This document shows positions 50,095 to 60,672 of a stretch of 64,000 nt of DNA, in pieces (positions within the stretch are counted from its first letter, which is position 1; every line of letters begins with the position of its first letter). Source of the stretch: Bacillota bacterium (GTDB taxonomy: Bacteria; Bacillota; UBA994; UBA5500); assembly GCA_029781045.1 (NCBI GenBank), contig JAKOXL010000029.1, positions 86,627 to 150,626 on the forward strand, written 5' to 3'. The position numbers were made by a program, and so were the translations under genes. The notes below the pieces were generated by a model, which saw nothing but the letters and a program-made list of their open reading frames with translations, was not told where the DNA came from and made no database searches.

Positions 50095-50122
50095 TATATA
50101 TGAAGACGTCTAAACGATATGC
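50095..50122 (-). promoter_or_regulatory. Possible sigma-E-type promoter of spoIVA (GCATATC-N13-CATATATA)
   Basis: Eyeball match to the sigma-E -35 ATATT and -10 CATACA-T consensus. Confidence 0.25.
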
Positions 50123-50173
50123 CTGCCGCGGACAAAATTAAAAGCACCTCACTCAAGGTGAAGTGCTCTCGGA

Positions 50174-51211
50174 CTAGTCTCTACGTGTAATGAAATCTAG
50201 ATCCTCATACTCGTGTTTCCTAACTCTGTTCATCATCTCTACTAATGTGGCCCGTGGATCGCGTCCGGCGAACAAGACTCGGTACAGGGCTTCAGTGAGC
50301 GGCATTTCGACTCCCATCTTCTTGGAGATCTTATAGGTCGCCTCCGTGGCAAAAGCTCCCTCAATAACCATGTGGGTTCCCCCAGCAACCTCCTGCAGCG
50401 TCTGTCCTTGTCCAATCTTAAAGCCTGCATTCCAATTACGGCTGTGCCTGCTTGTACATGTGGCGATCAGATCACCAATTCCTGAGAGCCCTGCAAAGGT
50501 ACGGGGATCAGCACCCATTCGCACTCCCAGGCGCACCATTTCACCCAAACCGCGGGTAATGAGCATAGCTTTTGTATTGTCCCCAAAACCCATCCCATCG
50601 GCAACTCCTGCCGCCAAGGCTATGATGTTCTTCAACGCCCCCCCTAACTCAACCCCCACCATGTCATGGTTGGTATAAACACGGAAATTAGGCGTAAAGA
50701 AGGCATCTTGCAGTCGCATAGCGGCGTCAAGGTCACTACTGCTAATAACACTGGCCGACGGCATATCTTGTCCCACCTCTTCCGCATGGTTGGGACCCGA
50801 TAGAACCGCCACAGTGCGGGCGTTGGGACCAATCTCTTCCTTGATCACTTCCGAAAGACGCTGAAGAGTTGTAGGCTCAAATCCTTTAGCTGTATTAACA
50901 ATGTCGACTGGTTCATCCAATAGTGGTGCTACCTTTCGCAGAACTTCCCGCAAGTGAGCCGAAGGTATGGCAAAGACCAGTAGCTCCTTTTCTCGAATGG
51001 CCTCTGCCAACGAAGAAGTAGCTATCACATGGGTGGGAATCTGGACTCCCGGCAGATATTTGCGGTTCTCCCGTTGCTGGTTGATGGCTTGAGCCAAGTC
51101 TTCCCCTCGGCTCCAAAGGGTGACCGAACTAAAGTTGTGGCTTAAAACGCGAGCGGCCAAGGCCGTTCCCCAACTTCCAGCGCCAATCACCGCCGCCGTT
51201 TTGGTGGCCAT
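50174..51211 (-). CDS. gpsA: NAD(P)H-dependent glycerol-3-phosphate dehydrogenase
   Basis: VIGAGSWGTALA, with GpsA similarity throughout. Confidence 0.95.
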   Translation of the reverse strand: MATKTAAVIGAGSWGTALAARVLSHNFSSVTLWSRGEDLAQAINQQRENRKYLPGVQIPTHVIATSSLAEAIREKELLVFAIPSAHLREVLRKVAPLLDEPVDIVNTAKGFEPTTLQRLSEVIKEEIGPNARTVAVLSGPNHAEEVGQDMPSASVISSSDLDAAMRLQDAFFTPNFRVYTNHDMVGVELGGALKNIIALAAGVADGMGFGDNTKAMLITRGLGEMVRLGVRMGADPRTFAGLSGIGDLIATCTSRHSRNWNAGFKIGQGQTLQEVAGGTHMVIEGAFATEATYKISKKMGVEMPLTEALYRVLFAGRDPRATLVEMMNRVRKHEYEDLDFITRRD

Positions 51212-51225
51212 CTATCTTCCTCCTC

Positions 51226-52539
51226 TCAATCATCCCGTCGCTTGCGTATGTAGAAACGGATGGGGGTACCTATAAAACCCATCGCTTTACGCAGAGTGTT
51301 TTCCAAGAAGCGCTGATAGGAAAAGTGCATCAGCTCAGGTTCGTTTACAAAGAAGACAAAGGTAGGCGGTTCTACTCCCGACTGGGTGGCATAATAGATG
51401 CGCAACCTTCTCCCCTTGTCGGTAGGCGTTGGAGTCACCATAGTAGCCTGCAGAATCAGCTCGTTTAGAGCATTGGTACTAATACGCAGTTGACGCTGCT
51501 CCTTCACCTGTTTTACCAAATCAAAGACCCGGTGCACTCTCTGGCCCGTCTTGGCAGACAAGAAGATGATAGGGGCATAATGAAGGAAAGCCAGTTCTTT
51601 GCGAAGCTCTTCTGTATACTGGTTGGCAGTTTTATCGTCCTTTTCGATGAGGTCCCACTTATTAACGACCAGTATAATGCCCTTCCCCCGGTTATGAGCG
51701 AAACCAGCTATTTTCTTGTCTTGTTCAGTTACGCCTTCCGTCGCATCGATCACCATGAGAGCGATGTCGGACCGTTCGATAGCCCGCAAAGAACGCAGGC
51801 CACTGAAGCGTTCGATCTCCTCCTCTACTTTGCTACGGCGCCTCAAGCCAGCTGTGTCCACTAGTACGTAGTTGTCTTTGCCCACAGTTATAGGTGTATC
51901 CACAGCGTCTCTGGTGGTCCCAGGTATATCGCTGACGATGACTCGCTCCTGCCCCAACAATGCATTGACCAAAGATGACTTGCCCGTATTTGGTTTGCCG
52001 ATTACAGCCACCCTGGTGACGTCTTCCGCTTCTTCATCCTTATCCTTGTTTGGTAAGAACTCAACAATTAAATCCAGCAGGTCTCCAATACCAAGTCCAT
52101 TGGCTGCCGAGACACTGATGACATGGGGTAGGCCCAATTGGTAAAACTCTGCCATGTGGACCTCATAATTGGGGTGGTCAATCTTGTTTACCACTACTAT
52201 CAGTGGCTTCTGGGTACCCCGCAGTACTTGTGCTACATCTTCATCTACAGCCGTTAAGCCTTGCCGCCCGTCAACCACAAAGAGGATCACATCAGCCTCA
52301 CGAATAGCGATTTCCGCCTGTTTGCGCACGTAAATCGCCATTTCATTGCTGGCACTTAGCTCAATACCACCTGTATCTACTAGGGTAAACTCATGGTTAA
52401 GCCAGTGAACATCCGCATAGAGACGGTCACGAGTGACGCCAGGCACGTCTTCCACGATAGCCAAACGTCTACCTACCAGATAATTAAACAGCGTAGACTT
52501 ACCTACATTTGGTCTGCCAACCACAGCTACGATTGACAT
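51226..52539 (-). CDS. der: Ribosome-biogenesis GTPase Der (EngA)
   Basis: Two G-domains (GRPNVGKST and GKPNTGKSS) and a KH-like C-terminal domain. Confidence 0.95.
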   Translation of the reverse strand: MSIVAVVGRPNVGKSTLFNYLVGRRLAIVEDVPGVTRDRLYADVHWLNHEFTLVDTGGIELSASNEMAIYVRKQAEIAIREADVILFVVDGRQGLTAVDEDVAQVLRGTQKPLIVVVNKIDHPNYEVHMAEFYQLGLPHVISVSAANGLGIGDLLDLIVEFLPNKDKDEEAEDVTRVAVIGKPNTGKSSLVNALLGQERVIVSDIPGTTRDAVDTPITVGKDNYVLVDTAGLRRRSKVEEEIERFSGLRSLRAIERSDIALMVIDATEGVTEQDKKIAGFAHNRGKGIILVVNKWDLIEKDDKTANQYTEELRKELAFLHYAPIIFLSAKTGQRVHRVFDLVKQVKEQRQLRISTNALNELILQATMVTPTPTDKGRRLRIYYATQSGVEPPTFVFFVNEPELMHFSYQRFLENTLRKAMGFIGTPIRFYIRKRRDD

Positions 52540-52542
52540 AGC

Positions 52543-53859
52543 TTATGCCTCCTCCCCTAACGTATTGGTGATTAAGGCTCGTCCCGTAGTTGGTGTAGCT
52601 ATTATGGTTGCCTGCGGCAACGCGCGCTGCAAATCTGCAAGCCTATACCCATCTATGAAATCGGATTCTGCTGGTCGTAAAGCTACTTCAGGGATCAATA
52701 CAAATGCCCCTCGCAGATCTAACGCCCTCAGACTGGTGAGAATATCATGTCCGCTCAGGAGACCTGCTACTGTCACCGACTCGCCTAAGAAGTAGTTCGG
52801 TACTGCACAGACATCAACCCACAATCCTTCGATGCTATTCAGCTCCACAGCTATGCTACCCAGTACGGGAGCTGCTAGAGTACCTGTTACCCAAACTACC
52901 CGTCTACTTTCAGCTAGACGCTTTGGTAACCTTCTAAGTAGCGGTCTTACATCGTCTAAGAGTAGCCGAGTAAGCCCAATACCATTCTCTATCTGGGGGA
53001 AATCGTCATAGTAGTCTCGTCTGGGCACTTGGCTGCTGGACATCAAAAAGAACTCATCGGCCAAGTAAACGAAGGAAACGCCCAACTTACGCTTTGCTTC
53101 GCGCGAGAGGGGCATTAAGGCATCAATAACGGCACGAGCTTCTACCCCCGTTGCGCGACGCAATAGAGGCAAATTCTCCCGATGAGCTGTCAAACCCACG
53201 GGTACAACTGCCACCGATTGTACTGCTGGCCACAGTGATAAGAGGTCTTGAATTGTATGCTGCAGCTCTTCCCCATCATTGATCCCCGGCACCAATACAA
53301 TCTGGCAGTGCATTTCGATATGATGATCCGCCAAAATACGCAGCTGCTCAAGTATGCGGCCCGCTTGAGGATTGCGCATCAGCTTCTGCCTTAACGCCCC
53401 ATTGGTAGTGTGCACCGAAATATAAAGAGGGCTAGGCCTCTTAGCCAACAATCGTTCCCAGTCGCCGCTGGACAAGTTCGTCAGAGTGATAAAACTCCCA
53501 TGAAAAGCCGACAAACGGTAGTCGTCATCCTTGACGCAGAGACTAGGGCGTACACCAGACGGCAGTTGTGCGACGAAACAGAACAAGCAGTTGTTCTTGC
53601 ATCTGAGTATGGGCTTGATGGTTGGATGTTCAAACACTAGCCCAATATCCTCGCCGTATTCCTTATCTATTTCCACTTCCCAAGGTTCATTGGCATCATC
53701 TAGCAGGGACAAGCTTAAATGGTCATTGGCCATCGCCCATCTATAATCCAAGATGTCTATTAATGTCTCTCCGTTTAAAGCAATCAAACGAAAACCCGGC
53801 TTGATGCCAATTTCGGCTGCTATTGAGCCGGGAACAACTTCTATTATCTTAGCCACCAA
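52543..53859 (-). CDS. DUF512 protein (PDZ plus radical-SAM-like)
   Basis: N-terminal PDZ domain (VVPGSIAAEIGI), CKNNCLFCF, and conserved placement upstream of der. Confidence 0.8.
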   Translation of the reverse strand: MVAKIIEVVPGSIAAEIGIKPGFRLIALNGETLIDILDYRWAMANDHLSLSLLDDANEPWEVEIDKEYGEDIGLVFEHPTIKPILRCKNNCLFCFVAQLPSGVRPSLCVKDDDYRLSAFHGSFITLTNLSSGDWERLLAKRPSPLYISVHTTNGALRQKLMRNPQAGRILEQLRILADHHIEMHCQIVLVPGINDGEELQHTIQDLLSLWPAVQSVAVVPVGLTAHRENLPLLRRATGVEARAVIDALMPLSREAKRKLGVSFVYLADEFFLMSSSQVPRRDYYDDFPQIENGIGLTRLLLDDVRPLLRRLPKRLAESRRVVWVTGTLAAPVLGSIAVELNSIEGLWVDVCAVPNYFLGESVTVAGLLSGHDILTSLRALDLRGAFVLIPEVALRPAESDFIDGYRLADLQRALPQATIIATPTTGRALITNTLGEEA

Positions 53860-53955
53860 AGCTGGAACCTCCTTGCCCCATAATCAAGAGGCCAGTTAAG
53901 CAATAAAACGCTCAACTGGCAATGGTTACTGGGGATGGCAACTATGTCAATTATC

Positions 53956-54447
53956 CTATAAGGGCGGTTTCCAGTCAAGAAATGTACCGTCTTGGGCCAG
54001 GGAGCGGCGCACCTTCGCTACGAGCCTTACGTAGTTGGTATAACTTCTGGCAATACCCCAGGCAGCCAACGGTCTCCCGAAACGAACAAGTCCCAGACTA
54101 CGAGAAGAGAAGCCACCGATCCGCGTGGTTAGATTTACACAGGGCAAGCAGTTAACTAGTCGGTATTCGTCGCTTCTTACACCCACCAGCTGCAAAGCCA
54201 TATCAACAACATGCTTAATCCTGTTGTGCCCTCCTCCTAGAGGCAACGTGTATATCTCATTGCCAGCCTCATCTAGGCCCATGAAAAACAGCCGACCAAG
54301 GTCCGCATTGGTGGCAGTATCAAATCTTGGGGCAGCAAGGATCTCCTGCGGAGACGCAATGCGGTCCGTTGGCAGATGACCCAGATGGATGGCAGCCGCT
54401 GTTACTGAGGAGTGGGCACCACCCCAACAGAAGTAAATTACTCTCAG
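53956..54447 (-). CDS. DUF3189 family protein with a non-canonical (CTG) start inferred
   Basis: The frame is open upstream of the listed ATG (54282) as far as the TAG at 54460-54462. The extension reads (L)RVIYFCWGGAHSSVTAAAIHLG, the family-typical N-terminus. The G-rich SD lies 6 nt before the CTG at 54447. Confidence 0.6.
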   Translation of the reverse strand: MRVIYFCWGGAHSSVTAAAIHLGHLPTDRIASPQEILAAPRFDTATNADLGRLFFMGLDEAGNEIYTLPLGGGHNRIKHVVDMALQLVGVRSDEYRLVNCLPCVNLTTRIGGFSSRSLGLVRFGRPLAAWGIARSYTNYVRLVAKVRRSLAQDGTFLDWKPPL

Positions 54448-54459
54448 TCTTAGCCCCCC

Positions 54460-54843
54460 CTATCTTCTCACTCCATCCCAAATGCGTTGAGCTAAGGGAA
54501 TCGCCAGCGTTGTTGGCATTAGTCCGCGGCCCAATAACCAGAGTCCCCAGCCGACGAGCCCTCCATCTTCATCCTGTGGATAGAACACAACTTCCACCTC
54601 GGGGCGAAAACAAGAAACCACATTACTGATGGATTTTTGTAGTACAAGCGGTCTATTTCCATCAGCCACCGCTAATACGGCTTCGCTGGCAGCAAAGAAG
54701 GCGCATGGTCTCTTTCTTAAAGCTGGTAACCTTCGCAGGTTAGCCAACAGTTCACCCTCACCAGCAGGTCCGTAAGAGTAATAGAGGGCAGCTGCCAAAG
54801 CAGCCGCCCCGTTACGGCTATGAAATACCGACAGTCGCTTCAC
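54460..54843 (-). CDS. DUF3189-like paralog
   Basis: 127 aa with a GTG start 2 nt after the spoIIP stop. SVFHSRNGAAALAAA parallels the IYxCxGGAHSS motif. Confidence 0.5.
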   Translation of the reverse strand: MKRLSVFHSRNGAAALAAALYYSYGPAGEGELLANLRRLPALRKRPCAFFAASEAVLAVADGNRPLVLQKSISNVVSCFRPEVEVVFYPQDEDGGLVGWGLWLLGRGLMPTTLAIPLAQRIWDGVRR

Positions 54844-54845
54844 AC

Positions 54846-55985
54846 TTATGCCTCATCCCCGCCTCCATCTCCGCGACGACGTGAACCAAGCAGATCGCCG
54901 AACTCGCGGGCGGTAAAGATGCGCACCTTGCTTCTTAACTCCTGCCAACTTCCCGTGCTGAGGAACAAGTAAATTGCTGCTCCTAGCACCACAAAGCCCA
55001 CAAGCCAAAAGGCAGTACGGGTGCCCACTTGACTCTCGCGCTGCTGTCCAGCTCTACTGCTAGCGGTACTGGCGGACAAGTAGCGAGCGTAGGATTGAGC
55101 AAACAGACTAGCACTCTTCTCTGCCCCTTCGCGGCTATTCTTATGGGTCCCTACTTCCACCAGCAGATTGCGCGGACTTAAGTCTTGATTGTAACCACTA
55201 CGGGCAAAAAAGATCCCCTTTACTAAGCCTGGGTATTCCTTGTCGGTGGCAGCCTTTATTTCTTGGGCGAACTGTTTGTTGGCCGACATGTTGGGGTTTT
55301 GCCTTCCAACCACTAGTTGCACCAATACCATCTTCTCGCCGTTGACTTCCCCTGTGTACTGACTTGGTGGTACCGCATCTCGGTGCACGTCAAGCACCGC
55401 GTCGGCCTTCTGCAGCAGCTCTTGCGCGGTTCGCCGCGACCTCTTATAGGCAGCCGTATCATGAGGATCGTGGCGGGCTAGACTGTGGACCACTTTCACC
55501 CCCGCTCTCTTTAATCCCTCCGCCAGCGCACTACCCACCTGATAGATACCGCCATTACCCCGGATGCTGCTAGTCCCGTCCGAAGGAATGTAGGATTCAT
55601 CACTGTGGGTATGGTAAAGCCCAACTGTCACGTCTTTCTTGCCAGCTACTCTACCTGCAAGCATATCTGCCACAATATCAGCGAAGTCAGTGCGTAAGTC
55701 CTCCAACCCCACTTGCCTGACAAAACGGGCATAGGCCTTTTCTTCACTCTCAACCCGCACCACCTGATACAGACGGTCATCGGCGGTCTGGTATTCGTCG
55801 CCCACTGTAACGTACCGGCCAGTAACAAAAATCACTTGCGAGGGATCTGCCTCATCGTAAACAGTGCAGTACTTGTCATCGCTAAACTCATCCAGCTCTT
55901 CTTCCCAGCTCCAGATTGTATTACTGGGAATTGATAGCAATGCTATAACTAGAAGAATCAACGCTATACCCTTTACTTTACTCAT
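54846..55985 (-). CDS. spoIIP: Stage II sporulation protein P
   Basis: Signal anchor, GLYHTHSDESY and an amidase_3-like core. Confidence 0.85.
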   Translation of the reverse strand: MSKVKGIALILLVIALLSIPSNTIWSWEEELDEFSDDKYCTVYDEADPSQVIFVTGRYVTVGDEYQTADDRLYQVVRVESEEKAYARFVRQVGLEDLRTDFADIVADMLAGRVAGKKDVTVGLYHTHSDESYIPSDGTSSIRGNGGIYQVGSALAEGLKRAGVKVVHSLARHDPHDTAAYKRSRRTAQELLQKADAVLDVHRDAVPPSQYTGEVNGEKMVLVQLVVGRQNPNMSANKQFAQEIKAATDKEYPGLVKGIFFARSGYNQDLSPRNLLVEVGTHKNSREGAEKSASLFAQSYARYLSASTASSRAGQQRESQVGTRTAFWLVGFVVLGAAIYLFLSTGSWQELRSKVRIFTAREFGDLLGSRRRGDGGGDEA

Positions 55986-56674
55986 TTCTCTCCCCCGTCC
56001 CTTTTGGTTGGAGTAGTCTCTACCAAGCGCAATCTCCTCGCCGAAGACTGCTTGGCATGCCCTCCCGCCATCCTCTCTCGGGTCTCGCCAATGATTTCGG
56101 ATAAACCGACAGCCAACAGACCAGATAGTACCAGGGTATCAAAAATGCCTGCTCCACCAATCGTGGTAGAACCGGCTTGTTGATGATAGCTAACCTGAAA
56201 AGCGTAGATCAGGTCATTGAGGGCAATAGACAGAATACCGGCAATGAAAGATGCTCGACGCGATCGCCCTAACAGATAGGCCGTCAAGCCAGCTATTATG
56301 GCAAAGGCGTAAGTGGGATCAATTAGGATAGAGTCGGGTTCCGATGGCATATAAATGGTGGCTGCGTACACTAAGATGCTAGCTATTAATGTAGCCCACA
56401 AGGCACGCCACCGCTCCGAACTCTCATCAGCCGTTAACCAGAGATATAGAGCAAAGCCAATAGGAACCAAGCCGCCTCCCACATTAAGAGCCAAGCGATT
56501 ACCCAGCGGAATATTGGGTATGTAGGTGCCCAACAACATAGCTCCAATGAACAAAAGCGCTGCCCTGTCAGTAAGACGCATGCGGTCTAATAGGCGTTGG
56601 GCCACGCCGAAGTAGACTAAGATGGCAGCAACTATCAGAATTATGGTGCCGAGAGGAAGTCTCATCGCCAACAC
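55982..56674 (-). CDS. DUF1614 integral membrane protein
   Basis: About 6 TM helices. The family call is from memory. Confidence 0.6.
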   Translation of the reverse strand: MLAMRLPLGTIILIVAAILVYFGVAQRLLDRMRLTDRAALLFIGAMLLGTYIPNIPLGNRLALNVGGGLVPIGFALYLWLTADESSERWRALWATLIASILVYAATIYMPSEPDSILIDPTYAFAIIAGLTAYLLGRSRRASFIAGILSIALNDLIYAFQVSYHQQAGSTTIGGAGIFDTLVLSGLLAVGLSEIIGETRERMAGGHAKQSSARRLRLVETTPTKRDGGEK

Positions 56675-56737
56675 TCCTTTTTGATAGCTAGCATTCTTAG
56701 TCTTTCCCCCTGAAGTTGAGCTTATGAAGGCAAAAAC

Positions 56738-56767
56738 AAAAGCGCAGAGTTTAGTCTCTGCGCTTTA
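56738..56767 (-). terminator. Terminator after ispH-S1
   Basis: agcgcagag-(loop)-ctctgcgct followed on the minus strand by TTTTGTTTTTG. Confidence 0.75.
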
Positions 56768-56785
56768 ACATCTGCATAACCAAAA

Positions 56786-58924
56786 CTAGTTGTTTTCCGG
56801 CTCTTTCTTATCCTGTTGTTCAAAGAGGTCGCCGAAAACGTCTCCCAAAGTCACGCTACCTTCTTCATGATAGCTCTGGCTGCGGCCGCCACCCCGTGGG
56901 CGTCGTTCTGAACGTTCACCGCCACTCGCTTGCCTTTCCTCGCGTGGAGCTTGCGGATCCCGCATACTCAGCGAAACCCGACGTTCTCCAGGATTGATGC
57001 TGAGAATGCGAACTTGAACTTCATCTCCAGCATTAACTACATCCTCGGTACGCTCCACCCTCTCGTTGGACAGTTGCGAAATGTGCACCAAGCCCTCTAC
57101 TCCTGGCATAATCTCGACAAAGGCGCCGAAAGAAACGGTGCGCACAACCTTACCAGGAACCGTATCGCCTGCCTTATACTGCTCGGCAACTACAGTCCAA
57201 GGATCAGGCTGAGCTTGTTTTATGCTCAACGAGATGCGTTCCTTCTCCCGGTCTAGCCCTAGTATTTTTACCTTAACTTTATCGCCTTCTGCCAGCACAT
57301 CACCCGGATGATTGACGCGTCCCCAAGAAATCTCGGACACATGTACTAAACCATCAACACCACCCACATCAACGAAGGCGCCAAAGTCGGTTAAGCGTTG
57401 GACCGTACCCTCAATGATTTGGCCTTCCTCCAGGCGAGCCCAAGTGGCGTCCTTCCGGGCAACCTCCTGCTCCTCAAGAGCCGCTTTACGAGAAACCACC
57501 AAACGGCGGCGGTTATTCTCCATTTCGATAATCTTTACGTCCACTTCTTGACCCACATAGACATTCAGGTCAGGAACGAAACGCTTATCAACAAGGGAAG
57601 CCGGTAAGAAAGCACGCAAGTTAAACAGATTGACGATGAGACCGCCCTTTACCACCTCGGTGACCTGGCCGGTAACGATCTTATTGTCTGCAAAGGCCTG
57701 CTCGGCCAGCCTCCAGCCTTCTTCCGCATCGGCGCGGCGTTTGGAAAGAACTACATTGCCTTCGCGGTTTTCTAAGCGGAGGACAACAGCCTTTATGACA
57801 TCGCCCTCCTTGACCACGTCGGAGGGTTGAACGTTCGGCAAGTTGCTTAGCTCGTTGGCCTGGATAACGCCATTCGACTTATAGCGAATATCCACAAAGA
57901 CTTCGCTATCAGTAACACGCACGACCGTTCCCTCAACAGTCTGACCGGTGCGGAGAGTTATCATTTCCCCTGCTGCTTCGGCCATATTGGTAGCCTCTTG
58001 CTTCTCGCCCTCAGCCACGGTTACTTCTGCCGAAGTTGCCTCATTCGCTGGCTGCTCCAGTGTGCTCTCTTCCATTACTTCGTTGTTCTTGTTCTCCATG
58101 TTCTCCACAGTAGTGACGACCTCCTTTATTATCCAATCCGGTGTTGAAGCTCCCGCTGTGATTCCGACCAGCGAACCTGGTTTGAACCAGGAAGGATCTA
58201 GGTCTGCGGCAGTTTCAACATGGTGAGTAGGCGTTCCTATCTCAGAACATAATTGTACCAGATTTCGCGTGTTAGCACTATTATGTCCGCCCACTACAAC
58301 CATTATATCTACTTGCTTTGAGAGTTCCAGTGCCGCTTGCTGTCTTTCTTTCGTTGCATGACAAATGGTATAACCTATCTCTAAATTAGGTACACGCTTA
58401 TGTAACTCCTGCAATACGGCTTCCCAAACATGTAGTTTGGTGGTTGTTTGCGCTACTATAGCCACTCGCTCTGATAATGGCAGAGTAGCTATCTCCTCGG
58501 GATTGGCAATCACCAAAGCCGAGCCACGGGCCCAGGCTTGAGCCGCTTGAACTTCTGGATGGTTGGCATCTCCCACAATCAACAACTGGTAACCTTGCTG
58601 CACAAACTCAGCAGCTTTGCTCAGCAGCCTCTTGACATGGGGACAGGTGGCATCGATAATCCTCAACTGCTTCACCCGCGCTGCTGCGTAGATCTCAGGT
58701 GCTGCCCCATGAGCTCGAATGAGCAAAACAGCTCCATTGGGGACCAAGTTGATATCATGGACCACAGTAAGCCCCATTGGCTCCAGTCGCTGCATTTCCT
58801 GTGGATTATGCACTAAAGGCCCTAGCGCGTAGAGTGGCTCTTCAGCCAGAGTTTCTTCTGCTAGCGCAATAGCTCGCTTCACTCCAAAGCAAAACCCGCT
58901 GGCATCAGCAATCCTCACTTCCAT
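56786..58924 (-). CDS. ispH: Bifunctional IspH (HMBPP reductase) / ribosomal protein S1-domain fusion
   Basis: N-terminal LytB domain ([21 protein letters not shown]) followed by four S1 repeats. Confidence 0.9.
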   Translation of the reverse strand: MEVRIADASGFCFGVKRAIALAEETLAEEPLYALGPLVHNPQEMQRLEPMGLTVVHDINLVPNGAVLLIRAHGAAPEIYAAARVKQLRIIDATCPHVKRLLSKAAEFVQQGYQLLIVGDANHPEVQAAQAWARGSALVIANPEEIATLPLSERVAIVAQTTTKLHVWEAVLQELHKRVPNLEIGYTICHATKERQQAALELSKQVDIMVVVGGHNSANTRNLVQLCSEIGTPTHHVETAADLDPSWFKPGSLVGITAGASTPDWIIKEVVTTVENMENKNNEVMEESTLEQPANEATSAEVTVAEGEKQEATNMAEAAGEMITLRTGQTVEGTVVRVTDSEVFVDIRYKSNGVIQANELSNLPNVQPSDVVKEGDVIKAVVLRLENREGNVVLSKRRADAEEGWRLAEQAFADNKIVTGQVTEVVKGGLIVNLFNLRAFLPASLVDKRFVPDLNVYVGQEVDVKIIEMENNRRRLVVSRKAALEEQEVARKDATWARLEEGQIIEGTVQRLTDFGAFVDVGGVDGLVHVSEISWGRVNHPGDVLAEGDKVKVKILGLDREKERISLSIKQAQPDPWTVVAEQYKAGDTVPGKVVRTVSFGAFVEIMPGVEGLVHISQLSNERVERTEDVVNAGDEVQVRILSINPGERRVSLSMRDPQAPREERQASGGERSERRPRGGGRSQSYHEEGSVTLGDVFGDLFEQQDKKEPENN

Positions 58925-59528
58925 CAGCAGTCACTTCCCCCTTACATTCGACAAGTAGGGCGGCGATCCTCTGCATAATCAGCTCGGTACCTTGAGCCCT
59001 TTCTTCGGGCGTAGGTTTGCCAGCCACTGCACATTCGATGTAGAACGGCTCACCTACATTAACACAAAACACACTACCAATCCGGTAGCGACCGTGTAAA
59101 GCTACCGGCAGTATAGGCACCTGAGCACGAGCAGCCAACAAGGCAGTACCTTCAAAGGCGGCCTGCATTTCACCGGTCTTACTACGAGTACCTTCGGGGA
59201 AAATGCCCAGCACTTGGCCTCGAGCCAACAGTCTTAACGCCTGCCTTATAGCTTGGATGTCTGCTTTCCCTCTCTTGACAGGAAAGGAACCCACCTTCTT
59301 CACAAACCATCCTAGGATCGGTGAGTGCATAACTCCTTCCTTGGCCATGAAACTTACATGCTGTGGCACAACGATAGCCAGCATCACCGGGTCAAGAGCA
59401 TGAATGTGATTTGCGGCTATAATAAAAGGGCCATCTTTAGGTATGTTCTCTAGTCCCTGCGGGCGAAAAACCACAAGGCGAGGGACTAACCAGGCCAGTA
59501 TCTTCCGCAAGACACGATAAAGGCGCAT
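58905..59528 (-). CDS. plsC: 1-acyl-sn-glycerol-3-phosphate acyltransferase
   Basis: NHIHALD (HX4D) and FPEGTRS motifs. Confidence 0.85.
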   Translation of the reverse strand: MRLYRVLRKILAWLVPRLVVFRPQGLENIPKDGPFIIAANHIHALDPVMLAIVVPQHVSFMAKEGVMHSPILGWFVKKVGSFPVKRGKADIQAIRQALRLLARGQVLGIFPEGTRSKTGEMQAAFEGTALLAARAQVPILPVALHGRYRIGSVFCVNVGEPFYIECAVAGKPTPEERAQGTELIMQRIAALLVECKGEVTADGSEDC

Positions 59529-59530
59529 AT

Positions 59531-60214
59531 TTACTCCCCCTCACCGAAGCAAACCCGTTTGGCATGCCCAATGACTAGATCTACAACCTGCGATAAAGAT
59601 AGCCCAGTGGTATCAATTATGATCGCATCCTCCGCGATGCTCAGTGGCGAATGCTCACGCGATGAATCCTTATGATCTCTCTCCGCCAGCGAACGCATCA
59701 TTTGCGGTAACAGACTCAAGTCTTGGCCAAGCTCTCTCAACCTTCTCTCGGCTCGTTCTTCTAGGCTGGCGGTGAGAAAGATCTTCAATGGTGCGTTAGG
59801 CATGACCGCCGTTCCTATATCCCGACCATCCATAACAACCCCATTTCCGTTTCCCAAAGCCCTTTGCTTCTGACGCATTTCCTTTCGCACCTGTTCATAG
59901 CTGGCAACCAAAGAAACCTGTTGAGTAACTTCCGCTGAGCGGATAGCCGCTGGTAACGGCTTTCCGTCCATGTACAACTCCAGTATGCCATTCTCGCTAT
60001 CCCAATGGAAGTCGGTTGCAGCCGCCAAACTGCTTAGTGCGTCTACGTCAGTCAGTGGCACCCCCATTTGCAGAGCTTTCCAAGTAATAGCCCGGTACAT
60101 GGCCCCTGTATCTAAATAGACTAAACCAAGGGCTTGTGCCACCGCGCGTGCTACAGAACTCTTACCAGCGCCAGCCGGCCCGTCGATAGCAATATTCAGT
60201 TGGCACGGTAGCAA
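59531..60214 (-). CDS. cmk: Cytidylate kinase
   Basis: IAIDGPAGAGKSS P-loop, with Cmk similarity throughout. Confidence 0.95.
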   Translation of the reverse strand: MLPCQLNIAIDGPAGAGKSSVARAVAQALGLVYLDTGAMYRAITWKALQMGVPLTDVDALSSLAAATDFHWDSENGILELYMDGKPLPAAIRSAEVTQQVSLVASYEQVRKEMRQKQRALGNGNGVVMDGRDIGTAVMPNAPLKIFLTASLEERAERRLRELGQDLSLLPQMMRSLAERDHKDSSREHSPLSIAEDAIIIDTTGLSLSQVVDLVIGHAKRVCFGEGE

Positions 60215-60312
60215 AGTTCATTCCTCCAATAAGGCAAGTAGTAACTATGCGTGGAACCTGCACAGTATCAAACCTATTATACCACAAGCTGTCAACGTCA
60301 AAAGGACAAAAA

Positions 60313-60672
60313 CTAGCGACACACCAGATCGGGCCTAAGCTTCTTTGCCTCCCCTAAGTACACGTGTCGCACCTTCGTAAGTGCGTGGGGCCGATCAATA
60401 AACATCAATACCCTAATCGTTCTGGGCAAAGCACCTGGTACATCAATCTCCACCGCGTCCAATAAGGCCGCCTCAGTTAAGCCTAGTGTTCGAGCTGCCG
60501 CGGCTGGAAAGGCTGCATTAAGATCAGGTGTGGCAGTGAAGATTATGCTTATTATCTCTCCTAGTTCAATCTGGTTTGCTGCCAACATTTCTTTCAGCAA
60601 AAACTCAGTACGTCTCAGTATCTCTTCCTTTTCGTTTCTATCAACGGTAATGGCTCCCCTAATTGCCTGCAC
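60313..60672 (-). CDS. aroH: Chorismate mutase, AroH class
   Basis: IRGAITV N-terminus and VYLGEAKKLRPDL C-terminus. Confidence 0.85.
   Translation of the reverse strand: MQAIRGAITVDRNEKEEILRRTEFLLKEMLAANQIELGEIISIIFTATPDLNAAFPAAAARTLGLTEAALLDAVEIDVPGALPRTIRVLMFIDRPHALTKVRHVYLGEAKKLRPDLVCR

Noticed and set aside
54445-54462. In-frame TAG between the DUF3189 paralogs as a pyrrolysine codon
   Set aside because: There are no pyl genes in the window. The two halves are separate copies of the same domain, as in genomes with two adjacent DUF3189 genes, and an SD-like G-run precedes the CTG. Read-through is kept only as an alternative in the finding.
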